DNA from: Candidatus Omnitrophota bacterium
Lineage (GTDB): Bacteria > Omnitrophota > Gorgyraeia > JABMQH01
Length of the DNA: 46,691 bases
Reading direction: 5' to 3'
Assembly: GCA_026387595.1 (NCBI GenBank)
Contig: JAPLLL010000127.1
Coordinates: 1 to 46,691, forward strand
Shown here: positions 8,733 through 16,796 of the stretch, piece after piece
Layout of the letters: every line of letters starts with the position of its first letter
How positions within the stretch are numbered: position 1 is the stretch's first letter
The notes under the pieces: generated by a model
What the model was told of the DNA's origin: nothing
What the model saw: only the letters and a program-made list of their open reading frames with translations
Database searches by the model: none
Program-made: the position numbers and the translations under genes

Positions 8733-8764
8733 ATTACGGCGATAAAAAGGGATTACAGCGATAA
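8733..8764 (+). repeat. Short tandem element ATTACGGCGATAA / ATTACAGCGATAA (copy A)
   Basis: Two 13-nt units 19 nt apart, just after the stop of the OMP gene. The first 16 nt (ATTACGGCGATAAAAA) are identical to 21281-21296. Confidence 0.5.
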
Positions 8765-8784
8765 GGGATGTAGTCCCTTTTTTT
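8763..8784 (+). terminator. Rho-independent terminator
   Basis: AAGGGA tgtag TCCCTT stem-loop followed by a T-run (8778-8784). Confidence 0.6.
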
Positions 8785-8811
8785 GAATTGATGGTAAACC
8801 GGTTTTAAGAT
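8783..8811 (+). promoter_or_regulatory. Putative bio operon promoter (TTGAAT-17-TAAGAT)
   Basis: Hexamers at 8783-8788 and 8806-8811, interleaved with the BirA-like operator. Confidence 0.35.
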
Positions 8812-8823
8812 CGGAGTTTACAA
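8792..8823 (+). promoter_or_regulatory. BirA-type biotin operator (inverted repeat TGGTAAACC ... GTTTACAA)
   Basis: The half-sites at 8792-8800 and 8816-8823 resemble the E. coli bioO halves TTGTAAACC/GGTTTACAA. The site overlaps the GGAG RBS and ends 1 nt before the bioB ATG. Confidence 0.55.
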
Positions 8824-8824
8824 T

Positions 8825-9757
8825 ATGCCGTCTATGAACGAAATAAAAAAACTGTACCTGTCGGATAAAACACCGTTATCCGATTTTTTATTCATAGCGG
8901 ACAAGACACGCAAGAGGTTTAAAAAGAATGATATAGAGCTTTGCTCAATAGTGAACGCCAAATCAGGGAACTGCTCCGAGGATTGCAGATTTTGCGCCCA
9001 GTCCGCAAGATACAGGGCAAAGATCGATAGATACCCCTTGCTTCCGGCAAAGGATATTGTAAAAGCGGCTAAAAGCGCCGCGGCAAACAAGGCAACCTGT
9101 TTCGGGATCGTAACCAGCGGCAGGAGCATAAACAGCCCGGAAGAGGTAAGAAATATCGCAGCCGCCGTGCAGAAGATAAAAAAAGAGATCCCCTTGCTTA
9201 AATGTTCCGCTTCTCTGGGGAGCATCCCGAGAATTTTCATGCGCGAGTTAAAGCAGGCCGGCCTTGACAGATTTCACCACAACCCTGAAACCTCGGAAAA
9301 TTTTTTCCGCAGGATGTGCACGACGCATCCCTATAAGGAAAGGATAAAGACCATAGCGGATGCAAAGAAAGAGGGCCTTGGTATCTGCGCCGGCGGCATT
9401 TTCGGCCTTGGCGAAAAGAGAAAAGACAGGTTGGCGCTGGCTATCGCGCTGAGGGATTTAGGGGTTGAGTCCGTGCCGCTCAATTTTTTGCACCCGATAC
9501 AGGGAACGCCGCTTGAAGATGCAAAGCCGCTGCCGCCGCAGGAGATACTGCGTACCATAGCGATGTTCAGGCTTGTGCTGCCTAAAGCGGACATAAAGGT
9601 CTGTGCCGGCCGCATTGTCAACCTGCGGGACCTGCAGTCCATGATATTTTTTGCCGGCGCAAGCGGGATGATGATAGGCAACTATCTTACGCAGCAGGGG
9701 CGCTCCCCGGCGCTGGACTTGCAGATGATAAAGGACCTGGGGCTTAATATAAAATGA
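8825..9757 (+). CDS. bioB: Biotin synthase
   Basis: Radical-SAM CSEDCRFC motif and a BioB-like body. It overlaps bioF (ATGA). Confidence 0.9.
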   Translation: MPSMNEIKKLYLSDKTPLSDFLFIADKTRKRFKKNDIELCSIVNAKSGNCSEDCRFCAQSARYRAKIDRYPLLPAKDIVKAAKSAAANKATCFGIVTSGRSINSPEEVRNIAAAVQKIKKEIPLLKCSASLGSIPRIFMRELKQAGLDRFHHNPETSENFFRRMCTTHPYKERIKTIADAKKEGLGICAGGIFGLGEKRKDRLALAIALRDLGVESVPLNFLHPIQGTPLEDAKPLPPQEILRTIAMFRLVLPKADIKVCAGRIVNLRDLQSMIFFAGASGMMIGNYLTQQGRSPALDLQMIKDLGLNIK

Positions 9758-10926
9758 TGGATTTTATTGATGAAGAATTAAGCCGGATAAAGGCGCAGGG
9801 GTTGTATCGCAGCCTGAGGACGGTCGAAGGGCATCAGGGCCCGCGGATCACGATCGACGGTAAAGACTGCGTGAACCTGTGCTCCAATAATTATCTAGGC
9901 CTTGCGAATAACCCGCAGCTTAAGAAGGCGGCAATAGACGCTGTTCAAAGATACGGCGCAGGCGCAGGTGCTTCCCGTCTTGTATGCGGAAATTTTAAAT
10001 TATACGACGAACTCGAATGCCGCCTCGCTAAGTTTAAAAAACAGGAAGCCTGTCTTGTGTTTAACAGCGGCTATAGCGCGAATCTCGGGATCATTACCGC
10101 GCTTGCGGGGAGGGGAGATATCATATTTGCAGACAGATTGAACCACGCGAGCATCGTGGATGCGGCTTTGTTAAGCCGGGCTGAATTCAAGCGGTATCCG
10201 CATAAAGACATGGCGGCGCTTGAGAAAATGCTTAAGGAATCAACGGGATATAAAAAGAAATTGATCGTAACGGATACGCTTTTCAGCATGGACGGGGACA
10301 TAGCCCCGCTCGCGGATATCGCGGCCCTGGCAAAAAAATATAGCGCCATGATCATGGTGGACGAGGCGCACGCAACAGGCGTATTCGGAGAAGGCAGATC
10401 CGGCCTTGCCGAACATTTCGGGCTTGCCGGCGAAATAGACGTACACATGGGCACTTTGTCAAAGGCCCTTGGTTCGCTGGGCGGATACGCAGCCGGTAAA
10501 CGAAAATTGATCGAGTATCTTATTAATAAAGCGCGCTCACTCATCTATACGACGGCGCTTGCGCCGTCAACGCTTGGCGCGGCCCTGGCAGCGCTGGACA
10601 TCGTCGAAAAACAGGGCTGGATGACGAAAACGCTTTGGACAAATGCGGCTGCCATGAAAAAAGGGCTTCTGGACCTTGGCTTCAGCCTTGTCAGCGCCGA
10701 ATCGCAGATCCTGCCGATTTTTATAGGCGATACCGAAAAGGCGGTCGGGTTCAGCAAGGTGCTTTTTGAGGAAGGTGTATTCATACAGGCAATACGGCCG
10801 CCCACAGTGCCGCAGAACGAAGCGCGCCTGCGGCTTACGGTCATGGCCACGCATAAAAAAGAGGACCTGGAACAGGCGCTGGTTGCGCTGGGAAAGGTTG
10901 GCAGGTATCTTGGCATTATCTCATAA
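9754..10926 (+). CDS. bioF: 8-amino-7-oxononanoate synthase
   Basis: Class II aminotransferase; NNYLGL, the DEAHATG region and the TLSKALGS PLP-lysine region. Confidence 0.85.
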   Translation: MMDFIDEELSRIKAQGLYRSLRTVEGHQGPRITIDGKDCVNLCSNNYLGLANNPQLKKAAIDAVQRYGAGAGASRLVCGNFKLYDELECRLAKFKKQEACLVFNSGYSANLGIITALAGRGDIIFADRLNHASIVDAALLSRAEFKRYPHKDMAALEKMLKESTGYKKKLIVTDTLFSMDGDIAPLADIAALAKKYSAMIMVDEAHATGVFGEGRSGLAEHFGLAGEIDVHMGTLSKALGSLGGYAAGKRKLIEYLINKARSLIYTTALAPSTLGAALAALDIVEKQGWMTKTLWTNAAAMKKGLLDLGFSLVSAESQILPIFIGDTEKAVGFSKVLFEEGVFIQAIRPPTVPQNEARLRLTVMATHKKEDLEQALVALGKVGRYLGIIS

Positions 10927-11596
10927 ACCGAATCTTGTATTTTTACACGGCTGGGGCACTGATCCGCTGGTGTGGAAATATCAGCTCGATCATTTCTCTA
11001 AAAGATACGAAGTGGAGTGCCCCTCGGGCCTGAATTTTAAATCCCAGCCGGCCCTTCGGGGCGAGGACTGCGTCCTCGTAGGCTGGTCCCACGGCGGCAT
11101 GTTAGCCCTAAAGATCGCGGTCGGGTCAAAAGACATAGCTGCGCTGGTATTGGTGGCGTCCTCGGCAAAATTTACCGATGCTGAAAACGGAATGCGCCCG
11201 TTATGCGCCAGAATACACTCCGGATGAGTATTTGAACGGGATTTTGAAAAGACAATGATCGGCTGCTACAGCACGTTCTTTTCCGGAACAGAAACGGCTG
11301 CGGCGGCAAGGTTCATAAAAGAGCAGCGCTTGCCTGATAAAAAAACCGCGATCGGCGTTTTAGACGAACTGGCCGCATTGGACCTGAAAGACACACTGCA
11401 AAAAATCAATATCCCTACACTGATAGTGCACGGGGAGAAGGACGACGTTTGCCCTCTCGGGGCCGGCAGATTCCTGCATGATAATATTAAGGGTTCGCGG
11501 CTTAGCGTGATCGAAGGCGCGGGCCACATGCCGTTTTATACAAGGCCAGAAGAATTTAACCGTATACTTGAAGGGTTTTTATCCGATGCCGGCTAA
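10898..11596 (+). pseudogene. bioH: Pimeloyl-ACP methyl ester esterase BioH-like alpha/beta hydrolase, interrupted by an in-frame TGA
   Basis: LVFLHGWG, the nucleophile elbow GWSHGG, and the C-terminal HGEKD...GAGHMPF. ORFs 10766-11227 and 11255-11596 are in the same frame and are separated only by the TGA at 11225-11227. The start is probably TTG at 10898 or 10910. Confidence 0.6.
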
Positions 11597-12362
11597 GGAA
11601 ACCGTAAAAAAAGCGTTCTCAAAAAGCGCCGCGACATATGACACTGCCTCTGATTTTCAAAAAGAGACCGGCCGGATGCTTACAGATAAAATACTGGAAG
11701 CCGAAGCCGCGGCTGAACGCATACTGGACGTAGGCATAGGCACAGGCAGTGTTACGGCTCGGCTCTCAAACAGCATGAACGCCGCCCTTTACGGCTGCGA
11801 TATAGCGTGGGGCATGGCCTCGCTCGCGAAAAAAAACGCGAAAAATATTTTTATTTCCCAGGCGGATGCTGAACGGCTTCCGTATAAAGAATCCGTTTTT
11901 GACGTTGTTTTTTCCAATATTACGTATCAATGGATGCAGGATTTTAAAGCCGCCTTTTGCGAAGTAAACAGGATTTTAAAGAAAGGAGGGCGGCTCTATT
12001 TTTCAATTTTATTGAAAGGCAGCCTGCCCGAACTGTATAAGGCGCTCGGCGCAGCCGATAAAAACAGTTTAACCGACATGCTGCCGGACGCAGTTTTCTT
12101 AAGATCGGCGTTAGACGACTCGGGCCTGAAAATTAAATGCTGGGAAGAAATAAAACTTAAAAGATTTTATGAGAATTGCCTTGGTCTTGTAAAAACGTTT
12201 CGGCTTATCGGCGCCGACCGCGCCCGGGGCGCTAATATATTTAAGATGGGCGAGCGCAAGGCGTTTTTCAGCATGGTTGATTTTTATGACACGAATTTTT
12301 ATGAACAAAAAAAGGTGTTTGCGACTTACAACGTCGCAATAATACGCGCGGATAAAATATGA
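11586..12362 (+). CDS. bioC: Malonyl-ACP O-methyltransferase
   Basis: FSKSAATYD, SAM motif I LDVGIGTG, and position within the bio operon. The ATG at 11586 overlaps the bioH end. Confidence 0.75.
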   Translation: MPAKETVKKAFSKSAATYDTASDFQKETGRMLTDKILEAEAAAERILDVGIGTGSVTARLSNSMNAALYGCDIAWGMASLAKKNAKNIFISQADAERLPYKESVFDVVFSNITYQWMQDFKAAFCEVNRILKKGGRLYFSILLKGSLPELYKALGAADKNSLTDMLPDAVFLRSALDDSGLKIKCWEEIKLKRFYENCLGLVKTFRLIGADRARGANIFKMGERKAFFSMVDFYDTNFYEQKKVFATYNVAIIRADKI

Positions 12363-14413
12363 ACCCAGCCCCTCCTATGGAGGGCAACTGGGTAAGCAGG
12401 AGGGGCTGGGTGAAAGAGCTTAGAAGGGGCCTTTTTATTACGGGGACGGATACCGGCGTAGGAAAAACGTTCATAGCGGCGGCGTTAGCCAGGGCGTTAC
12501 GGCGTAAAAAGATCGACACGGGTGTTATGAAGCCTGTTGCCACCGGCGGCAATATATCCGAAGACGCCCTTATATTAAAACAAGCGGCGCAGGTAAATGA
12601 TGCCCTGGGTTTGATCAATCCGGTTTGTTTTAAAGCGGCGCTCGCCCCTATGGCAGCGGCGCGTATTGAGAAACGGAATGCCGGTTTAAAAAAGATACAA
12701 ACGGCCTATTCAGAGCTGAAACGCCGGCATGCGTTCATGGTAGTGGAAGGCATAGGAGGCGCGCTGGTTCCGATAAAAAAAGGCTATTTTGTAACAGACC
12801 TTATACGCGACCTTGACCTTCCGGCCCTGGTTGTGGCAAGGCCGGGCCTTGGCACCATAAACCATACCCTGCTAACGGTAGAGGCGCTAAGAAATAAAGG
12901 GATAGAAATAATCGGTATTATCCTGAATAATATAAACAAAGATAAGAAAGATATAAGCGTAAAAACTAACCCGAAGTTGATATCCGAGGCCTCAGGCCTG
13001 CCTGTTTTAAAAGTAAATTCGGACCTGGATAAAATAATTTACGAAAGAGGCCCAGGCAAAAAGGCGCAAATATTAAAAAACTGGGACAAGAGATATGTGT
13101 GGCATCCTTTCACGCAAATGAAAGATTATCTGCGTGAAAAAAACCTGGTTATAGAAGAGGCAAAGGGAAATTACCTGAAGGATACCGACGGCAAATGGTA
13201 CCTGGACGGCGTATCAAGCCTGTGGGTCAATGTGCACGGCCACAGGAACGCTCAGATCGACGCTGCCTTGAAGGATCAGCTCGGGAAAGTTGCGCACTCG
13301 ACGCTTTTGGGCCTGGCAAATGAACCATCGGTTGAACTGGCCAGGGAATTAACAGCCCTGGCCCCAAAGGGCCTTACCAAGGTATTCTATTCGGACAGCG
13401 GCTCAACCGCCGTTGAAATAGCGCTTAAGATGGCCTTTCAATACTGGCAGCAAATGCCCGGTAAAGCAGCCGGGAAAAAAAAGAAATTCATAACGTTTAT
13501 CAACGCATACCATGGCGATACAATAGGGTCGGTGAGCCTGGGCGGGATGGACCTGTTCCATAAAATTTACAGGCCGCTTCTGTTTAAAACTATAAAGGCC
13601 CAATATCCTTATTGTTACAGGTGCAGTCTTAAACTATCGTATCAGAGGTGTGGATTGGCCTGCATAAAGCAGTTTGAGGCATTGGTGAAGAAATATCATC
13701 CCGAAACAGCGGCGGTAGTGATCGAGCCGCTGGTGCAGGCCGCAGCAGGCATGCTGGTTTCCCCGCCGGGATTTTTGAAAAATGTAAGAAGGCTGTGCGA
13801 CAAATACAATGTCCTGTTTATCGCCGATGAAGTAGCGGTCGGATTCGGCAGGACAGGCAGGCTTTTTGCCTGCGGGCATGAAGGCGTAAGCCCGGATCTG
13901 ATGGCCGTGGCAAAAGGCATTACAGGCGGCTATCTGCCGCTGGCAGCCACATTGGCCACCAAAAGGGTATTCAACGGTTTTCTCGCGGATTATAAGGACT
14001 GCAAAACCTTTTTCCACGGCCACACATATACGGGAAACCCGCTTGCATGCAGGGCCGCCATTGCCAGCCTGGGGCTGTTTAAAAGGAAAAATTTTTTTAG
14101 AGAGCTGGATAAAAAAATAAGATTTATGAAAGAGGGCCTCAGGGAATTTGAAGGACTTGAGCACGTGGGCGATATAAGGCAAAAGGGCCTTATGGCCGGG
14201 ATCGAACTTGTAAGGAACAAGTTACGCAAAACCCCTTATGAATGGGAAGAGAAGATAGGGATAAGGGTTATACAGGATATAAGGAAGCAGGGCGTCATAT
14301 TAAGGCCGCTTGGGAACGTAATCGTGCTTATGCCGCCTTTAAGCATCGACAAGACAGGGCTTGGGACGCTTCTTGAGCGCACATATAAAAGCGTAAAGGC
14401 AGTTACGTCTTGA
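12359..14413 (+). CDS. bioDA: Fused dethiobiotin synthetase (BioD) / adenosylmethionine-8-amino-7-oxononanoate aminotransferase (BioA)
   Basis: The N-terminal roughly 235 aa carry the BioD P-loop GTDTGVGKT. The remainder is BioA-like (VWHPFTQM, PLP-lysine region AVAKGITGGYLP). It is a single uninterrupted 684-aa ORF. Confidence 0.85.
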   Translation: MNPAPPMEGNWVSRRGWVKELRRGLFITGTDTGVGKTFIAAALARALRRKKIDTGVMKPVATGGNISEDALILKQAAQVNDALGLINPVCFKAALAPMAAARIEKRNAGLKKIQTAYSELKRRHAFMVVEGIGGALVPIKKGYFVTDLIRDLDLPALVVARPGLGTINHTLLTVEALRNKGIEIIGIILNNINKDKKDISVKTNPKLISEASGLPVLKVNSDLDKIIYERGPGKKAQILKNWDKRYVWHPFTQMKDYLREKNLVIEEAKGNYLKDTDGKWYLDGVSSLWVNVHGHRNAQIDAALKDQLGKVAHSTLLGLANEPSVELARELTALAPKGLTKVFYSDSGSTAVEIALKMAFQYWQQMPGKAAGKKKKFITFINAYHGDTIGSVSLGGMDLFHKIYRPLLFKTIKAQYPYCYRCSLKLSYQRCGLACIKQFEALVKKYHPETAAVVIEPLVQAAAGMLVSPPGFLKNVRRLCDKYNVLFIADEVAVGFGRTGRLFACGHEGVSPDLMAVAKGITGGYLPLAATLATKRVFNGFLADYKDCKTFFHGHTYTGNPLACRAAIASLGLFKRKNFFRELDKKIRFMKEGLREFEGLEHVGDIRQKGLMAGIELVRNKLRKTPYEWEEKIGIRVIQDIRKQGVILRPLGNVIVLMPPLSIDKTGLGTLLERTYKSVKAVTS

Positions 14414-14449
14414 AAAAGCCCCGGGTTTGTGATATCCTAACCAAGTAAG

Positions 14450-15046
14450 ATGGAAAACCTTAAAACTTTTGTTCTTGCCTTCATACCTATTTTTGTAGCT
14501 GTTGACGCTATCGGCGTCCTGCCTATATTTATATCCCTTACAGAACACTTGAAAAGACCTAACAAATTAAGGGTTATCAGCAATTCTATGATTACGGCCG
14601 CGGTTGTAGCATTTATTTTTATAGTAGTCGGTAAAAGCATATTCCGTTTTCTGGGTATTACAGTTTACGATTTTATGGTGGCAGGCGGCGCGTTGTTGTT
14701 TATAATATCGATAAACGATATTTTGAGGGCAGAAAAGACAAGGCACCTTCCGGAGCATACCATCGGCGCCGTTCCGCTCGGCATGCCGCTGATAGTCGGG
14801 CCGGCAGTACTGACGACCTCGCTTATGATGCTTGATACCTACGGCATTACGCCCACGCTGTTATCCGTGACCGCCAATATCGTTATAGCAGGCGTCATAT
14901 TCGCGTCCTCGGATATTATAATAAGGATAGTGGGCAAATCCGGCACAAAGGCCTTCTCGAAAGTGGCCAGCCTTTTTCTGGCCGCGATAGCGGTCATGAT
15001 GGTACGAAAGGGCATTGTCCATATTTACCTTGACATTTTGAAATGA
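14450..15046 (+). CDS. MarC/UPF0056 family integral membrane protein
   Basis: 198 aa and multi-pass hydrophobic. The N-terminal FIPIFVAVDAIGVLPIF is typical of the family. Confidence 0.7.
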   Translation: MENLKTFVLAFIPIFVAVDAIGVLPIFISLTEHLKRPNKLRVISNSMITAAVVAFIFIVVGKSIFRFLGITVYDFMVAGGALLFIISINDILRAEKTRHLPEHTIGAVPLGMPLIVGPAVLTTSLMMLDTYGITPTLLSVTANIVIAGVIFASSDIIIRIVGKSGTKAFSKVASLFLAAIAVMMVRKGIVHIYLDILK

Positions 15047-15103
15047 TTAGGGTAAAATTTTTCATCAGGTTCATTTAGAGAAAAGGAGGGTGCGACAAGG
15101 ACT

Positions 15104-15553
15104 ATGAAGAAGATTGCACTGATACTATTTTTGGTTTGCGGATTAAGCTGTTTTACCCTGGCTGCAATGGCCCAGGACGAAGATGTTGCTGCTACCACAG
15201 GCGCCGGAGACGAAGAGACCGATATAATCGCCGGTAAGGTGGCGGCAGTTGATGTGGCGAACAATGCGTTAACAGTTACGGATGAGGCCGGAAAGTCCTA
15301 CACCGTTACGGCTACGAAGGAAGAAACAAGCATTTGGAAGGGCGACGACACTATTAACCTGGCAGACGTAAAAACAGGCGAATCCGTCGAACTGGAATAC
15401 TACAAGGATAAGGCCAGCGGAAAGCTCATGGCGATATGGGTGGATGTCCTTTTAAAGGAAGCAGCCGCCCCGGCAGAAGCAACACCGGCCGCGCCGGCAG
15501 AAGCAACAACGCAGCCCGCAGCACCGGAAGCAGCAACCCAGCCCGTTCAATAA
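15104..15553 (+). CDS. Secreted protein with a Pro/Ala-rich repetitive C-terminus
   Basis: Signal peptide MKKIALILFLVCGLSCFTLAAMA, a small beta-rich core, and the tail APAEATPAAPAEATTQPAAPEAATQP. Confidence 0.5.
   Translation: MKKIALILFLVCGLSCFTLAAMAQDEDVAATTGAGDEETDIIAGKVAAVDVANNALTVTDEAGKSYTVTATKEETSIWKGDDTINLADVKTGESVELEYYKDKASGKLMAIWVDVLLKEAAAPAEATPAAPAEATTQPAAPEAATQPVQ
15461..15546 (+). repeat. Imperfect 24-nt tandem repeat encoding PAEAT-type units
   Basis: CCGGCAGAAGCAACA occurs at 15470-15484 and 15494-15508, with a degenerate third copy after it. Confidence 0.6.
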
Positions 15554-15570
15554 AAATTTAACCGTTCAAA

Positions 15571-15618
15571 ACCCCTCACTGCCGGTGTCAATATAAGGCA
15601 GTGGGGGTTATTTTTTTA
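15571..15618 (+). terminator. Rho-independent terminator
   Basis: ACCCCTCACTGCC / GGCAGTGGGGGT, a 12-13-bp GC-rich stem with a 13-nt loop, followed by TATTTTTTTATT. Confidence 0.8.
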
Positions 15619-15647
15619 TTGAATCTTTTCTTATTTTATGGTATCAT
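15619..15647 (+). promoter_or_regulatory. Putative sigma70 promoter with extended -10 (TTGAAT-17-TGgTATCAT)
   Basis: TTGAAT at 15619-15624 and TATCAT at 15642-15647, preceded by TGG. It lies directly after the terminator and upstream of the ATG at 15671. Confidence 0.4.
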
Positions 15648-15670
15648 ACACCGTTACTGAGGTGACAAAC

Positions 15671-16789
15671 ATGAACAGGGAAAAATTAAAAAAAGCGAAT
15701 AAGGACAAATTGGTCCTTTTGGCCAGGAAGAGCAACATACGCGGCGCGCATATCATGAAAAAAGGAAGGCTTGTTGACGCGCTGATGAGGGTAAACACCA
15801 GAAAGACAAAAGCCAAAAGATCCGTCAGAAGAAAAGTAACGGCGCAGAAGGTCATCGGCCGCATCAGGATGCTGCCGCAGCACAAGCTGCGCGACAGGGT
15901 TTTTGTAACGGCGCCTCCGGTAGGGCAGCAGCGCCAGCAGCAGAAAGTCGAAGAAGCTAAATATTATGCAGGGCCCGCCCCGGAACACAGAAAATACGAA
16001 GAGTTCAATTTTCCCTCAGGCTATGGCGATAACAGGATAACGATCATGGTAAGGGATCCCTGGTGGCTATATTCCTACTGGGAGATCCAGCCGCAGAAAG
16101 AAGAAGAGTCCCGCCGCAGGATCGCCCAAAAAGGGCTTTCTCCGGTCAAGTCGATCTTGCGCGTATACGACGTTACGGACGTGGAATTCAACGGCCGTAA
16201 TGCCCACTCAAGTTTTGACATAGAGCTTTCCGGGCTCGCGAATACCTGGTACATAAACGTCGGCACGCCGGATCGGTCCTGGATAGTCGATATCGGCATA
16301 CTGGCCAGTAATAATGATTTTTTTCTGCTGGCGCGGTCAAATTGCGTACGCACCCCGCGTTTCGGCATGTCGGACGTGATCGACGAAGAATGGATGTGCG
16401 CGGATGACGAGTATTGGAGGATGTTCGGCCTTTCCGGCGGTTTTGGCGTAGGGAAGGGATCGCTTGCGCTGAAAGAGATGTTTAAGAAACGGCTGCTTCA
16501 GCAGATAACTTCAGGCGGCGTAAGCAGCTTTTCAAGCCCGGTAAAAAAGGCGGTTAAAAAGAAAGGCTTCTGGCTTATAGTGGACGCGGAACTGATCGTA
16601 TACGGCCAGACCGCACCGGACGCAAAGGTTACAGTGCAGAACAAAACGATACGTTTAAGAAAAGACGGGACGTTTACATTAAGATTCGCACTTCCCGATG
16701 GCAAACAGGATATACCTGTTATTGCCACTTCGAATGACGGCGATGACACGAGGTCTATCACGCCTATAATCACCAGACGCACCGAATAA
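15671..16789 (+). CDS. Rho_N-like / DUF4912 domain protein
   Basis: The N-terminal LVLLARKSNIRGAHIMKKGRLVDALM resembles the Rho N-terminal helical motif. The body (ITIMVRDPWWLYSYWEI) resembles DUF4912, which commonly precedes GH57 genes. The ATG at 15671 with GAGGTG upstream is preferred over 15638. Confidence 0.55.
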   Translation: MNREKLKKANKDKLVLLARKSNIRGAHIMKKGRLVDALMRVNTRKTKAKRSVRRKVTAQKVIGRIRMLPQHKLRDRVFVTAPPVGQQRQQQKVEEAKYYAGPAPEHRKYEEFNFPSGYGDNRITIMVRDPWWLYSYWEIQPQKEEESRRRIAQKGLSPVKSILRVYDVTDVEFNGRNAHSSFDIELSGLANTWYINVGTPDRSWIVDIGILASNNDFFLLARSNCVRTPRFGMSDVIDEEWMCADDEYWRMFGLSGGFGVGKGSLALKEMFKKRLLQQITSGGVSSFSSPVKKAVKKKGFWLIVDAELIVYGQTAPDAKVTVQNKTIRLRKDGTFTLRFALPDGKQDIPVIATSNDGDDTRSITPIITRRTE

Positions 16790-16796
16790 AAAGGAA

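Noticed and set aside
11225-11227. Genetic-code reassignment of UGA, or selenocysteine, as the explanation for the in-frame TGA in bioH.
   Set aside because: TGA clearly terminates many well-delimited genes here (ttcA, the RluA-family gene, bioB and the NuoH-like gene), often within ATGA-type overlaps. No SECIS-like hairpin is evident downstream, and the aligned position is not a catalytic Cys.
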